DNA of 64,000 nucleotides from NCBI GenBank assembly GCA_000165345.1, contig CM000435.1, positions 896,001 to 960,000 of the forward strand, read 5' to 3'. Shown piece by piece: positions 27,899 to 38,612 of this stretch (position 1 is its first letter; each line of letters starts with the position of its first letter). The notes under the pieces were generated by a model. It saw only the letters and a program-made list of their open reading frames with translations, ran no database searches and was not told where the DNA came from. The position numbers and the translations under genes were made by a program.

Positions 27899-28626
27899 TC
27901 CATTCCACACAAATTTGTTATTGTCTCTGTCAAGTTAACATGCGTTATAATAAAGTGATAAAACTACACACAAAGATAACGATTGAAAATATCAATTGAT
28001 TGCATTAATGATTATTGATGAACCTGTTGAATTAGTTTCTCACATTAAGGCAATATTTCACTTTCTAGGGGGGATCAGTGTGATAAATACAAATGATGGG
28101 ATTGAAATTTCAATAATGAAGTATGTATATTGTTAGTTTCATACTAAAAAAAAATAAGAAACTAATCAATCAATTTCTAAATATTAATCAACTTTTCTCT
28201 TATATAATTAGAGTTAGTCTTGAAGACCCTAATGCTTCAAAAGGTTTGTATTGCTTGACGCTTATGCGTATTTATATAGATAAACTAATAAACAACTTTA
28301 GATGATTCAGTTTCGCTTGCTTTAATTGAAGAAAGGATTAATAATATTCAAGGAACGGACCCGAAGTTAAAGCTAATGATTTCGAAAATGTTGCCTGTAA
28401 GTTTTCAGTATTGTGCAAGTTATTATTTAACGCCTAATTAGAAATTATTATCAAAATGTATACATGAACAAGGCCGACTTTATGAAGATGGAAGAGTAGT
28501 CTATTTTAGTTTTGACGAATTTATTGATTCTTTAAGAGAGGAATGCAAGCTCCTTGAACTTGAATAGTCATATTCATTAATTATTTTAGAATATTCCTTA
28601 TCCAAACAGCTTTAACTATTAATCTT

Positions 28627-29018
28627 CTACCCAAAAATTAGCTCAAAAAATATGATTAGGATGTTCAAAATAATGAGTGGAACTAAAAATGTTTTTTTAC
28701 TTTAAATTGGGTCGTTTCTCCACATAAAACTTACATCTTAAATAAGTTCTTATTGCATATAAAAATATAGTAATCTGGTTTCTAGCTGTTTCACCGTATA
28801 TAGGTTTGTCAAGACCATCTGTGGGAATAAAACAAAGTAAAGAAAACCAATAAGCGTAGAAGAAAAATGTATAGTTAAATATTTTTATTTTCAAAACTTT
28901 TCAATTTTGAACAATTGGATTACTTACACTTTCTTAAGAACCTTCTGTCATTCAATATGGCTAGTGAATTCAATGTTAAAACAACCATTTCAAACAAATG
29001 AGTGAAACACAGTGTCAT
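28627..29018 (-). CDS. YOS1: Yos1/IER3IP1-family small ER-Golgi membrane protein, 3 exons (28928..29018, 28745..28828, 28627..28682)
   Basis: Spliced minus-strand model with donors GTAAGT (28927) and GTAAGT (28744) and acceptors CCCACAG and TTTTTAG. Product MTLCFTHLFEMVVLTLNSLAILNDRRFLRK|YGLDKPIYGETARNQITIFLYAIRTYLR|FPLIILNILIIFFELIFG (76 aa) aligns to human IER3IP1 (..SLLQAALLCVNAIAVLHEERFLKNIGWG...LMNLIRSVRTVMRVPLIIVNSIAIVLLLLFG), including the terminal FG. The track shows only a read-through 65-aa ORF. Confidence 0.65.
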
Positions 29019-29278
29019 ATTTTATTAATTATAGCAATATGCCGATTTATTTATTTAAAATTTTTGTTTTACTTAATTTAATATTCCTAGTTAAGTCAGC
29101 CAAATCCACTTTTTGCAGCGCTGAGGGTAAATGACGGAAATTAAACTCGATATTAAAGTAAATGTTCAAAATAAAGTGATCTAGCACACAATTAACAATG
29201 GATAAGCACTAAAGTAAAAACATACATTATAAGAAAAATACGAGGCAAATTCTCACTAACTAATTGATAGCATTTAAT

Positions 29279-31519
29279 TCAAGGCTCAAAAATATAACTG
29301 TGCCTCCGAGGTATTCTGCAACTAGAAACATTCCTGAAATTTTGTGACTGTTTAATGTCTCCCTCTAAATTATCGGAGTCTTCAAGGTGGCTGTTGGTTA
29401 AGTTTGAAATATTTCTTAAAGAACTAATTAATTCAGAATCCCCACAACCCAACTCATATGAGGAATCAAATGTGAGATTAACACTTTTTGAAATTTTTTG
29501 GCTTTTAATCTTAAACTCTTGAGAATCACTGATAGTCACTCTACGACCGATGCAACCTGAGAAGAAAGGAAGTGCATTGGAAGTTGACCCACTTGACTTG
29601 AAAGTTTTAAATGAAACGAGAGTCTTACCAATTTGTACGGATAAGTTTTCTTTTCCAAGTTTTATTGGGCGTGTGAACTCAACTAAAGATCCAAACTTAC
29701 TCTTCATATCTAAAAGGCATATCTGATAAGAACCAGCGGAATAGCAGTGCTGAAATTGAGCATGAGCCCTACTAACACTAATTTCTCCCAATCTAATATC
29801 AGAGTTATGACCCCTACCAATACAAACTGATGTACTGGTTCCACCAAAGGAAACCACAATCTGACCAATTTTTGAAGAAAAGTCTCCCTCTAGAGGAACA
29901 AGAACCAGGTATGGAAATCTAGGTCGAGGAACTCTAAATAATGGAATAAGTGTTGAACTGGAAGCATAGTTATCGATAAGTCTCAATTGAGTGGGGAAAT
30001 AAACCTTACATAGTTCGCATTCGAACTTCTTCAAGTGTAGACATGCTGGTGAATTGACCTTGCAGTTGGAGTTGGAAAGACGTGATGTCCATTTCTTGAA
30101 AAGATTGATAACTTTAAATCTCATTCGGTCACGAAAATGCAGCTGAGAAGGATCATCAGTTCCATCCTGAACTTGGATAGAATTACTTATAAAGCTCTCA
30201 ATAGTACTATATTCTCTTCCAGTGTGGAGAAACCATTCAGAAGGGATCTCCAGACGCGACTCAAGCCATGTTCGAAGACATTGAAGATGGACAAATTGCA
30301 TTGACCCTTTACAATCACAGGGGCAAATCAATGGATTGAGAGGCTCATTTGTATCAGTAAAACCATCAGCATCATCAGAAAGACATATCCTACAACATCT
30401 ATTAACTTTGGATTTTTGGTCACAATTTATTACTCGGTCAAATTTAGTTTGAATTTGAGCTTTTACACTAGGATTTAATACTGTTGGATCACAATCTTCA
30501 ATTTTTAGCGCTTGGTTGTCTTGGTTGTTTAAGATTTGCGAGCCGAGATCCTCGCGAGTTGCATTATTTGATGTGGGGCTTGAAGCCATAAACTTGGAAA
30601 TATCGTTTTCGCATTTAACCAAAGAATTATCCTGGAAATCACTAACTAATTTGATATCATTTCTTGAATAGTTGCTCAGCACTTTCTCTAGAATGTAGTT
30701 TGTGGAATACGCAAGGATTTCTGGCTCTTTATCAGCTTCAACCAAAGGAGCTGCTTGCAAAAAAGATTCAAAATTCGTCTGAAAATCCTGGTACCCCATT
30801 AACGTTAAGAAAGGGGCTTTAGATGACTCTTCCTTCGCAAGTGAAGATGTATTTATAATGTCATGAACCAGCATTTTACAACGACCGAATTTAAGAAGAT
30901 CTCCCTTGTTAAGCGGTATTCCAGGTGAGGACTTGGGAGCCACTAACCAAACTTTATTATCTTCCTTATATTGACTTCTTCCTTTACTTGAACTAGACTT
31001 TGGGAGAGGATTGAGGCAAGCGCCTGTACCATGACCAGATGCTGATGAATATTGAGAACAATGAAGACTCGATGTTCTTAATTGCCTATTAATATCTTTA
31101 ATAACTTCTACAAACCAGGAGTTCTTAAATAAATATAGCCTAAGTATTGGCACAAACTCCTTGCCAAAGTCCTGAATATTACTTATTATTGTTCTATTTA
31201 TTCCATGCTTCATATTCTGATCTGATTCCTGGTCCAAATTGTTACAAAGCTTCATAGTTTCATCCAATTCTGGCTGGACAATGAGTTGCCCGGTCTCATT
31301 TTCTATAAAAATGATATATGAACATTGCGTATTATCTATCGATAGAGTCTGATTAAACTTTGTTTTTTTCTCATAATCATATAACCCATGAGATTCTCCA
31401 GACGATGTTGTTGACTCTATCAACACAGAAATCCCACTTCCTTTTGAACCAAACCTCATTACTTCAAAGCAATAATTCAAAGCCTGATGTATGAGCTTTA
31501 TCAAAAAGGAGTAATCCAA
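29279..31519 (-). CDS. RING-CH (MARCH-type C4HC3) zinc finger + FHA domain protein
   Basis: 746 aa. The central motif CRICLSDDADG...LICPCDCKGSMQFVHLQCLRTWLE is RING-CH. The C-terminal GTSTSVCIGRGHNSDIRLGEISVSRAHAQFQ...YQICLLDMKSKFGSLV carries the FHA signature (GR..D..L....VSR.HA......Y.L.D..S..G). Confidence 0.75.
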   Translation of the reverse strand: MDYSFLIKLIHQALNYCFEVMRFGSKGSGISVLIESTTSSGESHGLYDYEKKTKFNQTLSIDNTQCSYIIFIENETGQLIVQPELDETMKLCNNLDQESDQNMKHGINRTIISNIQDFGKEFVPILRLYLFKNSWFVEVIKDINRQLRTSSLHCSQYSSASGHGTGACLNPLPKSSSSKGRSQYKEDNKVWLVAPKSSPGIPLNKGDLLKFGRCKMLVHDIINTSSLAKEESSKAPFLTLMGYQDFQTNFESFLQAAPLVEADKEPEILAYSTNYILEKVLSNYSRNDIKLVSDFQDNSLVKCENDISKFMASSPTSNNATREDLGSQILNNQDNQALKIEDCDPTVLNPSVKAQIQTKFDRVINCDQKSKVNRCCRICLSDDADGFTDTNEPLNPLICPCDCKGSMQFVHLQCLRTWLESRLEIPSEWFLHTGREYSTIESFISNSIQVQDGTDDPSQLHFRDRMRFKVINLFKKWTSRLSNSNCKVNSPACLHLKKFECELCKVYFPTQLRLIDNYASSSTLIPLFRVPRPRFPYLVLVPLEGDFSSKIGQIVVSFGGTSTSVCIGRGHNSDIRLGEISVSRAHAQFQHCYSAGSYQICLLDMKSKFGSLVEFTRPIKLGKENLSVQIGKTLVSFKTFKSSGSTSNALPFFSGCIGRRVTISDSQEFKIKSQKISKSVNLTFDSSYELGCGDSELISSLRNISNLTNSHLEDSDNLEGDIKQSQNFRNVSSCRIPRRHSYIFEP

Positions 31520-31644
31520 AGTTTATGTACTTTGTTTTTATATCCTGAATAATATATCAAAATTGCCCTTTCAACATTAGTACAACGGATCCTTTAAATC
31601 AATTTTTATTAATTATTTATTCCACACAATAAGGCCCCACTTGG

Positions 31645-31654
31645 TTTGGCGCCA
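31645..31654. promoter_or_regulatory. E2F-like motif TTTGGCGCCA
   Basis: ~127 bp upstream of the ATG at 31519 (minus strand). Confidence 0.4.
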
Positions 31655-31919
31655 CAAGTTGGCAGAAATGCCATTCACAGTTCCTCGTCTTCACAGACAT
31701 ATATGTCGCAGTATAAATTATCTATTAATAGTTTACTTACACACTAGATTAATTTTATGGTTGCAAGAAAATAGTAATTTATAAAGTTATATTAGTCTTT
31801 ACAAACTATTTTGAAACTTAAACTTATATAGATTTGAAGTTTTCCTACATTACGCTAACTGCTAGTATAAATGTATATATTATATAATTACTTAGTTGTA
31901 TAGTTTGAAATAGAAACTA

Positions 31920-33509
31920 CTAGAATGATTTAAATCTTTCTAGTGCATTTCTAGTAACAGTTTTCTTAGATGCTTTGGCCGTTCTAGTTGGTGAGTTGAA
32001 GCCAGCTTTTTGCGAATTTTGCTTCATTTCCCTTCCTTGAGTTGCAATTTTACTAGCCTTGCTTCTAACCGTACTTGCATAGGCAATTTGCTTATTTTTG
32101 AGGACGTTGGTTATTTTAGACCTTCCCCGCTTTTTGTTCTTTTTCTTTTTAGTCTTATTCTCACCTTGTGTGTTTTCTTCTAAGTCCTCGACTGCACGAG
32201 GAGTTTTGTTAACCTTACCAATAAGATCAGGATACAGTGTAATGGTTGAGGCAGGAAGCTTTTCTAGCAACATCCTAACTTCTCTGTTTCTTCTCTGTTT
32301 GGATGTTTCGAAAATGTTACATTCTCTAGAGTCAAAGTTTGCATATCCAGCACCAGGAGCAATTATAGTTTCAATGCCGTGAGTATGCCCAATGCATAAA
32401 ACATCATTCCAAGGCTGGAATTCAACTTCAGAAACACGGACTGCAGGATGGTTATGAGTAATATAAGGCATTTTTTGCTTTGACTTTGAATGTAAATCTT
32501 TCCATATTTGAATGTGACTACCAAAGCCCAAAGCTACTAATCCAGTACCAGAAATTGAAACGGACCTTACTGAGCTTCCAAAAGACTTATAGATATATAA
32601 AGGAGTATACTCAGAGCACTTTCGTATATCCCAAACCTTCCAAGAGTTATCATTACCTGCTGTAATCAAGCTATTATTGCTTATATCCAAGGCAGTAAGT
32701 CCACCTTTTTGTGCAAATATTTCCATTACTGGAGTTGATACATTTGGTGTCCAAAGAGAAACAACTCCATCGCTGTGCCCTAAATGTATTACTCCATTAA
32801 ATTGATTATGTTTCATAATATGGCAAGGCCCCCTACCTGTTTTATGTAAGGCTGCAACTTGGCCAGTGGAGACATCCTGATATCTAAGCTCTCCAAACTC
32901 TCCAATACTGCAAAGTAGAAAGTGATAGGGAAGAAAATCCAATTTATAAGGCGACGTTACATGATCACGTATACAATGAATTTCTATTCCTTCACGATCA
33001 TAAATATAAATATACTTCTTTTGTGCTATAGCAAATAATGTATGATCATGAAGAAAGTGTACATCATTGATTTGTTCAGCCTCTAAAGGCAGTTCAAGTA
33101 GGATATTGGGAGCTCCATTCGATATGTCAAGCATTGAAATATGCCCTTTTCTCCCACCCATTAATAATTGATTTCCATTTCTGGAATAATTTATAGAATA
33201 AGGTCCGGAGGACAAGTCTAAGGAAAAACGCTTGTTTATTGCCCCTATACTAATGTTTTCACCCAACTCATTTTGAGTTATTGAAAAACTCTTCTCTAAA
33301 CCCTCAGTCTCAAGAAAGCCTGGTGTTTCAGGTAAAAGTATCTCACTATTGGCTAGCCTCTCTGATGCTGTGTGGAATATTTTTTGCTGCAAACTTAACT
33401 TGCTTTTCAACTTTTTGTCCTTGAGGCCTTTTAGACTAGATAATGAACTATGTCGTCTGTATTTACTGGAATTTCCAAACTTAAAATCATCCTTAACTTC
33501 AGCCATCAT
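31920..33509 (-). CDS. UTP7: U3 snoRNP protein UTP7/WDR46 (BING4)
   Basis: 529 aa. WD repeats plus the BING4 C-terminal domain (GHTHGIETIIAPGAGYANFDSRECNIFETSKQRRNREVRMLLEKL), basic tail. Confidence 0.85.
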   Translation of the reverse strand: MMAEVKDDFKFGNSSKYRRHSSLSSLKGLKDKKLKSKLSLQQKIFHTASERLANSEILLPETPGFLETEGLEKSFSITQNELGENISIGAINKRFSLDLSSGPYSINYSRNGNQLLMGGRKGHISMLDISNGAPNILLELPLEAEQINDVHFLHDHTLFAIAQKKYIYIYDREGIEIHCIRDHVTSPYKLDFLPYHFLLCSIGEFGELRYQDVSTGQVAALHKTGRGPCHIMKHNQFNGVIHLGHSDGVVSLWTPNVSTPVMEIFAQKGGLTALDISNNSLITAGNDNSWKVWDIRKCSEYTPLYIYKSFGSSVRSVSISGTGLVALGFGSHIQIWKDLHSKSKQKMPYITHNHPAVRVSEVEFQPWNDVLCIGHTHGIETIIAPGAGYANFDSRECNIFETSKQRRNREVRMLLEKLPASTITLYPDLIGKVNKTPRAVEDLEENTQGENKTKKKKNKKRGRSKITNVLKNKQIAYASTVRSKASKIATQGREMKQNSQKAGFNSPTRTAKASKKTVTRNALERFKSF

Positions 33510-33676
33510 TCAAAACTATAAAGCTGATAGATTCAGTAAAATTCTCATAAAAATATAACTATGGCCAAATCTATCCAACAAACTTATTCACAGACTTATT
33601 TTTCTCCTCTATTTTCTTACCAAAATGTCACAGTTTACAATATTTAATAAAATTATTTCCGTCTAGTTTAGCGCTG

Positions 33677-33684
33677 TGGCGCCA
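33677..33684. promoter_or_regulatory. E2F-like palindrome TGGCGCCA
   Basis: ~165 bp upstream of the UTP7 ATG. Confidence 0.4.
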
Positions 33685-33794
33685 ACGTGCCATAAAATCT
33701 ATAATTAAAAAATATGTTAACTTGGGCTTTAGAATACTGCCTCAGCCTATTGAAGATTAAAGTATATGTTCAAAATATAAAATCAATCTTGTTT

Positions 33795-35392
33795 TTATTT
33801 TTCAGATTCGTTGAAAAAGTACTGCAATTGCTTCGAATTTTGATTTTCGCCTAAACATTTAGTTAAGTAAATTTCATCACCTCCCCCCCCTGGCTGAAAA
33901 CAGTAGGACCCAAAAATAAAGCGTTTCTTCCAGTACTCTATATGGGTAAATATATTATTCTGGTCGCATTCTACTAGAACTATTTTCTTATTTTCGGGTT
34001 CGGGATCTTTGATGTCGTGGACTACGCTTAGACAGGTATTTGAATATATATGTCGAACGATACTTCCTAAGGATGAGTGTTAACAATTGTGGGAAAATAC
34101 TAATTCTAGATAAACTTACTTTCATTGTCAATGTAGAATATTTGTGCATTTTCATTTGGTTTACATTCTGATAACTTTAACTCGAAATTCTTTTCTCCAC
34201 TTTTTTTCTCGTTCCCAATTAAAGTGAAGCATTTACCATTACCACTAAAAACTATTTGACTTCTTGGATATTCTATTAGTCCAAATTCGCTCAACTCATT
34301 ATAAAATTTTGAAGTAAATATTAACTTTTGGTCACATTCATACTCTTTAATGAGTTCCTTACGTTTATTTATCAATACCTCAAATAATCCTGATGATAGT
34401 TTCATATAGTTAGCCAGCTTCTCACTATTATTCATAATCATCTGCTTGGTTGGCTCATCTATCCAAGATTCCAATAGAACTTGTCTTATTTCTAACGAAG
34501 GTTGTGGAATTTTTACCTTAGTTACACCAAATGACAGTTCTGCTATCTGAGCTACTCGCCCACCACAATTCCATGATCTTAGAGAAATATCAAAGTTAAT
34601 ACTCGTTTTGAATATCAGGTTAATTGTTGGATCTGAAAGTTTTGATATATTTAACCACCATGATTTTGTTATTGCAAAGATTTTTGAATAGAACATTGGA
34701 ACTTTATTATCTAATGTATGGATATTTGTTAATTCAAATTCTTTTGTGAACATCATTTTTGGTGAATATACAGGATCATTATTCGAAAATGTCCATTTGT
34801 CTTTATTCAATTTTTTAAATCTTGGAACTATTATTGATTTATAATTATCACTTAAACTCCTCATTATTGGTGACATCCAATTTTTTGGAAAAAGAGTTGC
34901 AGATGGAACAAATAAAATGATTTCCCCAGTTGAATTGTTTGCTCCAAGATTCTGTAATTCTCCTAATTCTTGTAGTTCAGTCTCAATTATTTTAATCAAA
35001 GGTTTATCCAAGAATTTCTCACCCAAATGACTTTTAATATCTTTTCCAGAGTCTCGACAATCATTTGAAATAATTATTATTTCGTGAAGTAAATTTCGAT
35101 TTGCAGTCAAAAGTATACTATTTATTGTAACATCAATCAATTCATTATCTTCACAGTCTGGTATTATTACAATTGAAAAAATATCTGATTTTCCATATAA
35201 TCCAGCATATTCATTTTCTTCCAACCAAGAGTTTATTAATTCTCTAGGTAGTGTTGTAAACTCTTCTTTTGACCCAAAAACAAAAGTAGTCAATGCAACT
35301 TTCAACATCAAATAACATATTGCCAGCCCGAGAGGGAATGCATTCCTCATTTTGTTTTGCCCCAAATATAATACAATAATTGCCTTTCCCAA
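33795..35392 (-). CDS. Divergent polypeptide GalNAc-transferase-like type II membrane protein with spliced C-terminal ricin-B-like lectin exon (exons 34120..35392, 33795..34066; intron 34067..34119)
   Basis: The track ORF (428 aa) ends exactly at a GTAAGT donor (AAT GAA A|GTAAGT). A T-rich ...CATCCTTAG acceptor 53 nt downstream opens a further 90-codon frame encoding RSIVRHIYSNTCLSVVHD...KIVLVECDQNNIFTHIEYWKKRF..GSYCFQPGGGGDEIYLTKCLGENQNSKQLQYFF (paired Cys + Q/W spacing of a beta-trefoil lectin). Exon 1 has an N-terminal signal anchor and a GT-A-like core with a GalNAc-T-like segment SWNCGGRVAQIAELSFGV. The positions of the DxD and DxH metal-binding motifs are substituted (IISNDCRD; FVPSATLF). 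Confidence 0.55.
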
Positions 35393-35544
35393 ATTTTCGT
35401 TGAAATTATTTTATTTATACACATGTAAAAAGTGTGTGCAGACTAAAATTGGTTATTAATTAAATGCGTACAATAAATTAATTTTCCTATATTATCCATT
35501 AGCTATGATTTTTAATAAATTAGGTGTTTAATATATCTATAAAC

Positions 35545-37062
35545 CTATCTAGATGAATTTTTTACAAATTTAGCGAGAAAAAATCCCCTACAATTATGGG
35601 TTTCTGAATTTACGAATATGCACTTCTTGTAGATTTCTCCAAAAGAAGAATCTTGATATGATCTATTAGGGTTTTCCCAGTTTTCAAGCGCAATTTCTAG
35701 TGAAAATTGTAAATTGCCACTATTTTTACACTTTTCAAGGGAATTCAAGACAACTTGTTCATTTTCCTCTGTGAAGATTGAGCAAGTTGAATAACAAACA
35801 GTCTCAACTGATTGAAACGATGATAAAGAATGAATTAACATTTTAGTTTGAAACTCTGATAAACTTTTAAGCCTCTTTTCAATATTTACACTTTCAACTT
35901 TACCATGTTGAGGTAATCCGCTCCCTGAACAGGAAGGATCTAAAACAATTACACGTAAATTGGATATGGTGTTTTTATAGTGATACCAAGGTAAAAGATG
36001 ATCTTCAGCAGTTGGTGTTAGACTCAAAAAGTCACACTTTGCAACATGAATAAGTAGATCAGGTGGTTTAAAATTATCCAAATAATCAATCATTATTAAT
36101 TTATTATTTCGAATAAGTTTTGACTCCTTATCCAAAAATATACAGCCTATTTCACCTAATAAGCATTCATCTGAAATATCTTCAATTTGAATCGTTACAA
36201 AATTCTTCTTTTTATAAACAAAAGGTCCAGCTAGATATGGAACTTCTGATATCCGTTTAATCAAAGTTTTGATTCTAGTTGAATCTTTATCTAAGGCAAC
36301 TAGGCGTCCTCTTTTATTCAACATGTCAATAATATGTAGTGATTTGCTTCCAGGGGCAGAACAAGCGTCTAATACAAAATCTCCCGGAGTGATCTTTGCG
36401 CATATGGCAGAAAAGCAACTTCCTTTGTCCTGTAAAACTACTTTGGATGTTTTAATGAGCTCATTACTGCTTGGAATCCTATCTAAGCATAGTAGTTTGG
36501 CAACCTCATGTTTACATGCAATCACATTTTTTATATGTTTATCAATCCAAATATAATTTTGAATATCATCATTTGCAAATTGATTTGTCTGTTTAACCTG
36601 ATCCAATATAGAGTTCAATACTGATTCAGTGCTTTCAATAGTAGTGTTTACCCTCAGATACCTTGGAATTTGCTCATAAACTTTAGAATGTTTAACTTGA
36701 TTGATTAGATCTGGATACTCCTTAGAAAAACATTCGTAAAGCTTATCTTTATTTTTCCGAACCAACCTTGCTAGGGCCCCTCCACCCTGAATCTTCAAAT
36801 TCCCAAATAGCTGTTCATAAGCTAACACTAGTAATAGCCAATAATTTGAAATTTGGTTGATGTTTGAATCCTCTAATAAATGGCTTTTTTGAAGAATGAG
36901 TTCAAGCTCCTTTCTTTTCCCACTAACTCCATGAACAAGCGCGCTTAGTTTCCTAATATTACACTTATTTTGTTTTTCAGAATAAATTACTGAACGAATT
37001 CCAACATTCTTCTTCTCTATCTTGTTCAATACTTTGGCAGCTTCTAAATACAAAGTTGACAT
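35545..37062 (-). CDS. NSUN5: NOL1/NOP2/Sun-family rRNA (cytosine-C5) methyltransferase, NSUN5/Rcm1-like
   Basis: 505 aa. SAM-MTase motifs DACSAPGSKS, RLVALDKD, ILDPSCSGSG and catalytic Cys motifs. N-terminus colinear with NSUN5. Confidence 0.85.
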   Translation of the reverse strand: MSTLYLEAAKVLNKIEKKNVGIRSVIYSEKQNKCNIRKLSALVHGVSGKRKELELILQKSHLLEDSNINQISNYWLLLVLAYEQLFGNLKIQGGGALARLVRKNKDKLYECFSKEYPDLINQVKHSKVYEQIPRYLRVNTTIESTESVLNSILDQVKQTNQFANDDIQNYIWIDKHIKNVIACKHEVAKLLCLDRIPSSNELIKTSKVVLQDKGSCFSAICAKITPGDFVLDACSAPGSKSLHIIDMLNKRGRLVALDKDSTRIKTLIKRISEVPYLAGPFVYKKKNFVTIQIEDISDECLLGEIGCIFLDKESKLIRNNKLIMIDYLDNFKPPDLLIHVAKCDFLSLTPTAEDHLLPWYHYKNTISNLRVIVLDPSCSGSGLPQHGKVESVNIEKRLKSLSEFQTKMLIHSLSSFQSVETVCYSTCSIFTEENEQVVLNSLEKCKNSGNLQFSLEIALENWENPNRSYQDSSFGEIYKKCIFVNSETHNCRGFFLAKFVKNSSR

Positions 37063-37211
37063 TGGATTCGGTTAAAACTCAAGTAAAACATGCATAGATT
37101 AATTAATATTGAAGATATAATCTCTTCTCAATGATAAAACTAAACTTTGGTTCCAATATCCAACTTTGTATTATTATCTTTGTGAATGGTTATTAATTTG
37201 TCAAAAATGAA

Positions 37212-37220
37212 TTGGCGCGC
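37212..37220. promoter_or_regulatory. E2F-like motif TTGGCGCGC
   Basis: ~150 bp upstream of the NSUN5 ATG at 37062. Confidence 0.4.
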
Positions 37221-37310
37221 ATCTAATTTGTAATAATTGCAAATGGGATAACATGAAAGTTGTTAAAAAAAAATTATAAAACTAAGAAATTAATTATAAA
37301 CATTACATCC

Positions 37311-38537
37311 TCATTTAGTATTAGTAGGATTCTGCCGTGGAAGCGATAATTGAGGTAGTATTTCATGCTCATTTATAGTTCCAGGACTCCCACACAAATT
37401 TCTAGACCATATTTTAAGTCTTGAGTCTTGACCACTAGAAACAACCAAGTGCCCGAGTGGATGCCATGCAACTCCCCAAACAGCTCCTTGGTGCGCTGAA
37501 GGAATTAATCCGAGTGGATTTCCGAAATTAACATCTATATTATAATAAGCGATGTCGCCATCGAAAAATCCAACAGCCATTAGAGACTCAACTTCTGGAT
37601 GCCAAGAAATACTTACTGCATCACATTTTGTTCTGTAAGTTGTTATTGGCTTTGACAACTGTCTAATATCCCAAATTTTTAACGCACCGTCCTTTCCTGA
37701 AGAAGCAAGCATTTGACCTGAAGAGCTCCATTTAATTCGTACGACGGTGTGTCTATGACCAAAAATAGTTCCAATAGCATTAGCAGTTCTGGGGTCCCAA
37801 AGGTGAAGCTGATATGTTTGAGAGCCTGTTGCAATGAGTCCTTTAATTGGATGCCACTGTGCACAAGTTATATCGTATCCTCTTGAAGTTAGTGAGCTTT
37901 CAATTTTCTGAGAGCCAACATCAATTATTATAGGGTGTACATTTTCTGCTGCTGCTACAACTTTGTTTCCAGTGGGAGAAATTGTAACATCTCTAACAAC
38001 ATGACCTAAAAATTGTCTGAATGATGCAATTGGTGCTAAAGAAGGGGTTAACAAAACAATATTCCCACTTCCGTCTCCACATGCAATAAAGTCATCTTGT
38101 TTTGAAAAGTTCAAAGCCAAAACAGCTCCCTGTCCTGATGGAACACTCTTGAGATCCTCAAATGAAAAATATGTCCCATTCCAAAGAGTTAGCTCACCCC
38201 CGACAGTACCTACAACCAACCTTCTTCCCCCAGGATACCATTCAATTGTTACACATGGTGCTCTTGCTCGTAATGATACACGGGCTTGTTGAGTGCATAT
38301 CAAGTCACTTCTGTACTTATTTAGTTCAAATGGAAATCCAATCGTCCTAATATCCAGCGGATTGCTGTTACTTAGAGTAAAGCAGCTCTTTTTTTTGTTA
38401 TTATAAATCCCAGAATCCAAATAGTCTACTAGTAAAGAGTTGCTGTCCACTGCTGGTCGATAAACTGCTCTATGGCTCAGCAAATTCGCCTCCTCCGAGG
38501 AATCATGACCAGGTATGAAGTCGTGTTGTGTAAACAT
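37311..38537 (-). CDS. PFS2: WD40 polyadenylation factor subunit WDR33/Pfs2
   Basis: 408 aa. IEWYPGGRRLVVGTVGGELTLWNGTYFSFE... matches the Pfs2/WDR33 signature (W.P.GRRL..G...GEFTLWNG..FNFE). Seven WD repeats. Confidence 0.8.
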   Translation of the reverse strand: MFTQHDFIPGHDSSEEANLLSHRAVYRPAVDSNSLLVDYLDSGIYNNKKKSCFTLSNSNPLDIRTIGFPFELNKYRSDLICTQQARVSLRARAPCVTIEWYPGGRRLVVGTVGGELTLWNGTYFSFEDLKSVPSGQGAVLALNFSKQDDFIACGDGSGNIVLLTPSLAPIASFRQFLGHVVRDVTISPTGNKVVAAAENVHPIIIDVGSQKIESSLTSRGYDITCAQWHPIKGLIATGSQTYQLHLWDPRTANAIGTIFGHRHTVVRIKWSSSGQMLASSGKDGALKIWDIRQLSKPITTYRTKCDAVSISWHPEVESLMAVGFFDGDIAYYNIDVNFGNPLGLIPSAHQGAVWGVAWHPLGHLVVSSGQDSRLKIWSRNLCGSPGTINEHEILPQLSLPRQNPTNTK

Positions 38538-38612
38538 CTGGCCATCAATTTTATTGCATTTTCTCGCAATAATTGAAATATTCTATAGGAACAGTCCCAT
38601 ACCGCTCACAGC

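Noticed and set aside
28697-28894. Stand-alone 65-aa ORF
   Set aside because: It reads through an intron. The conserved part (GLDKPIYGETARNQITIFLYAIRTYL) is exon 2 of the Yos1 model, and the rest is intron translation.
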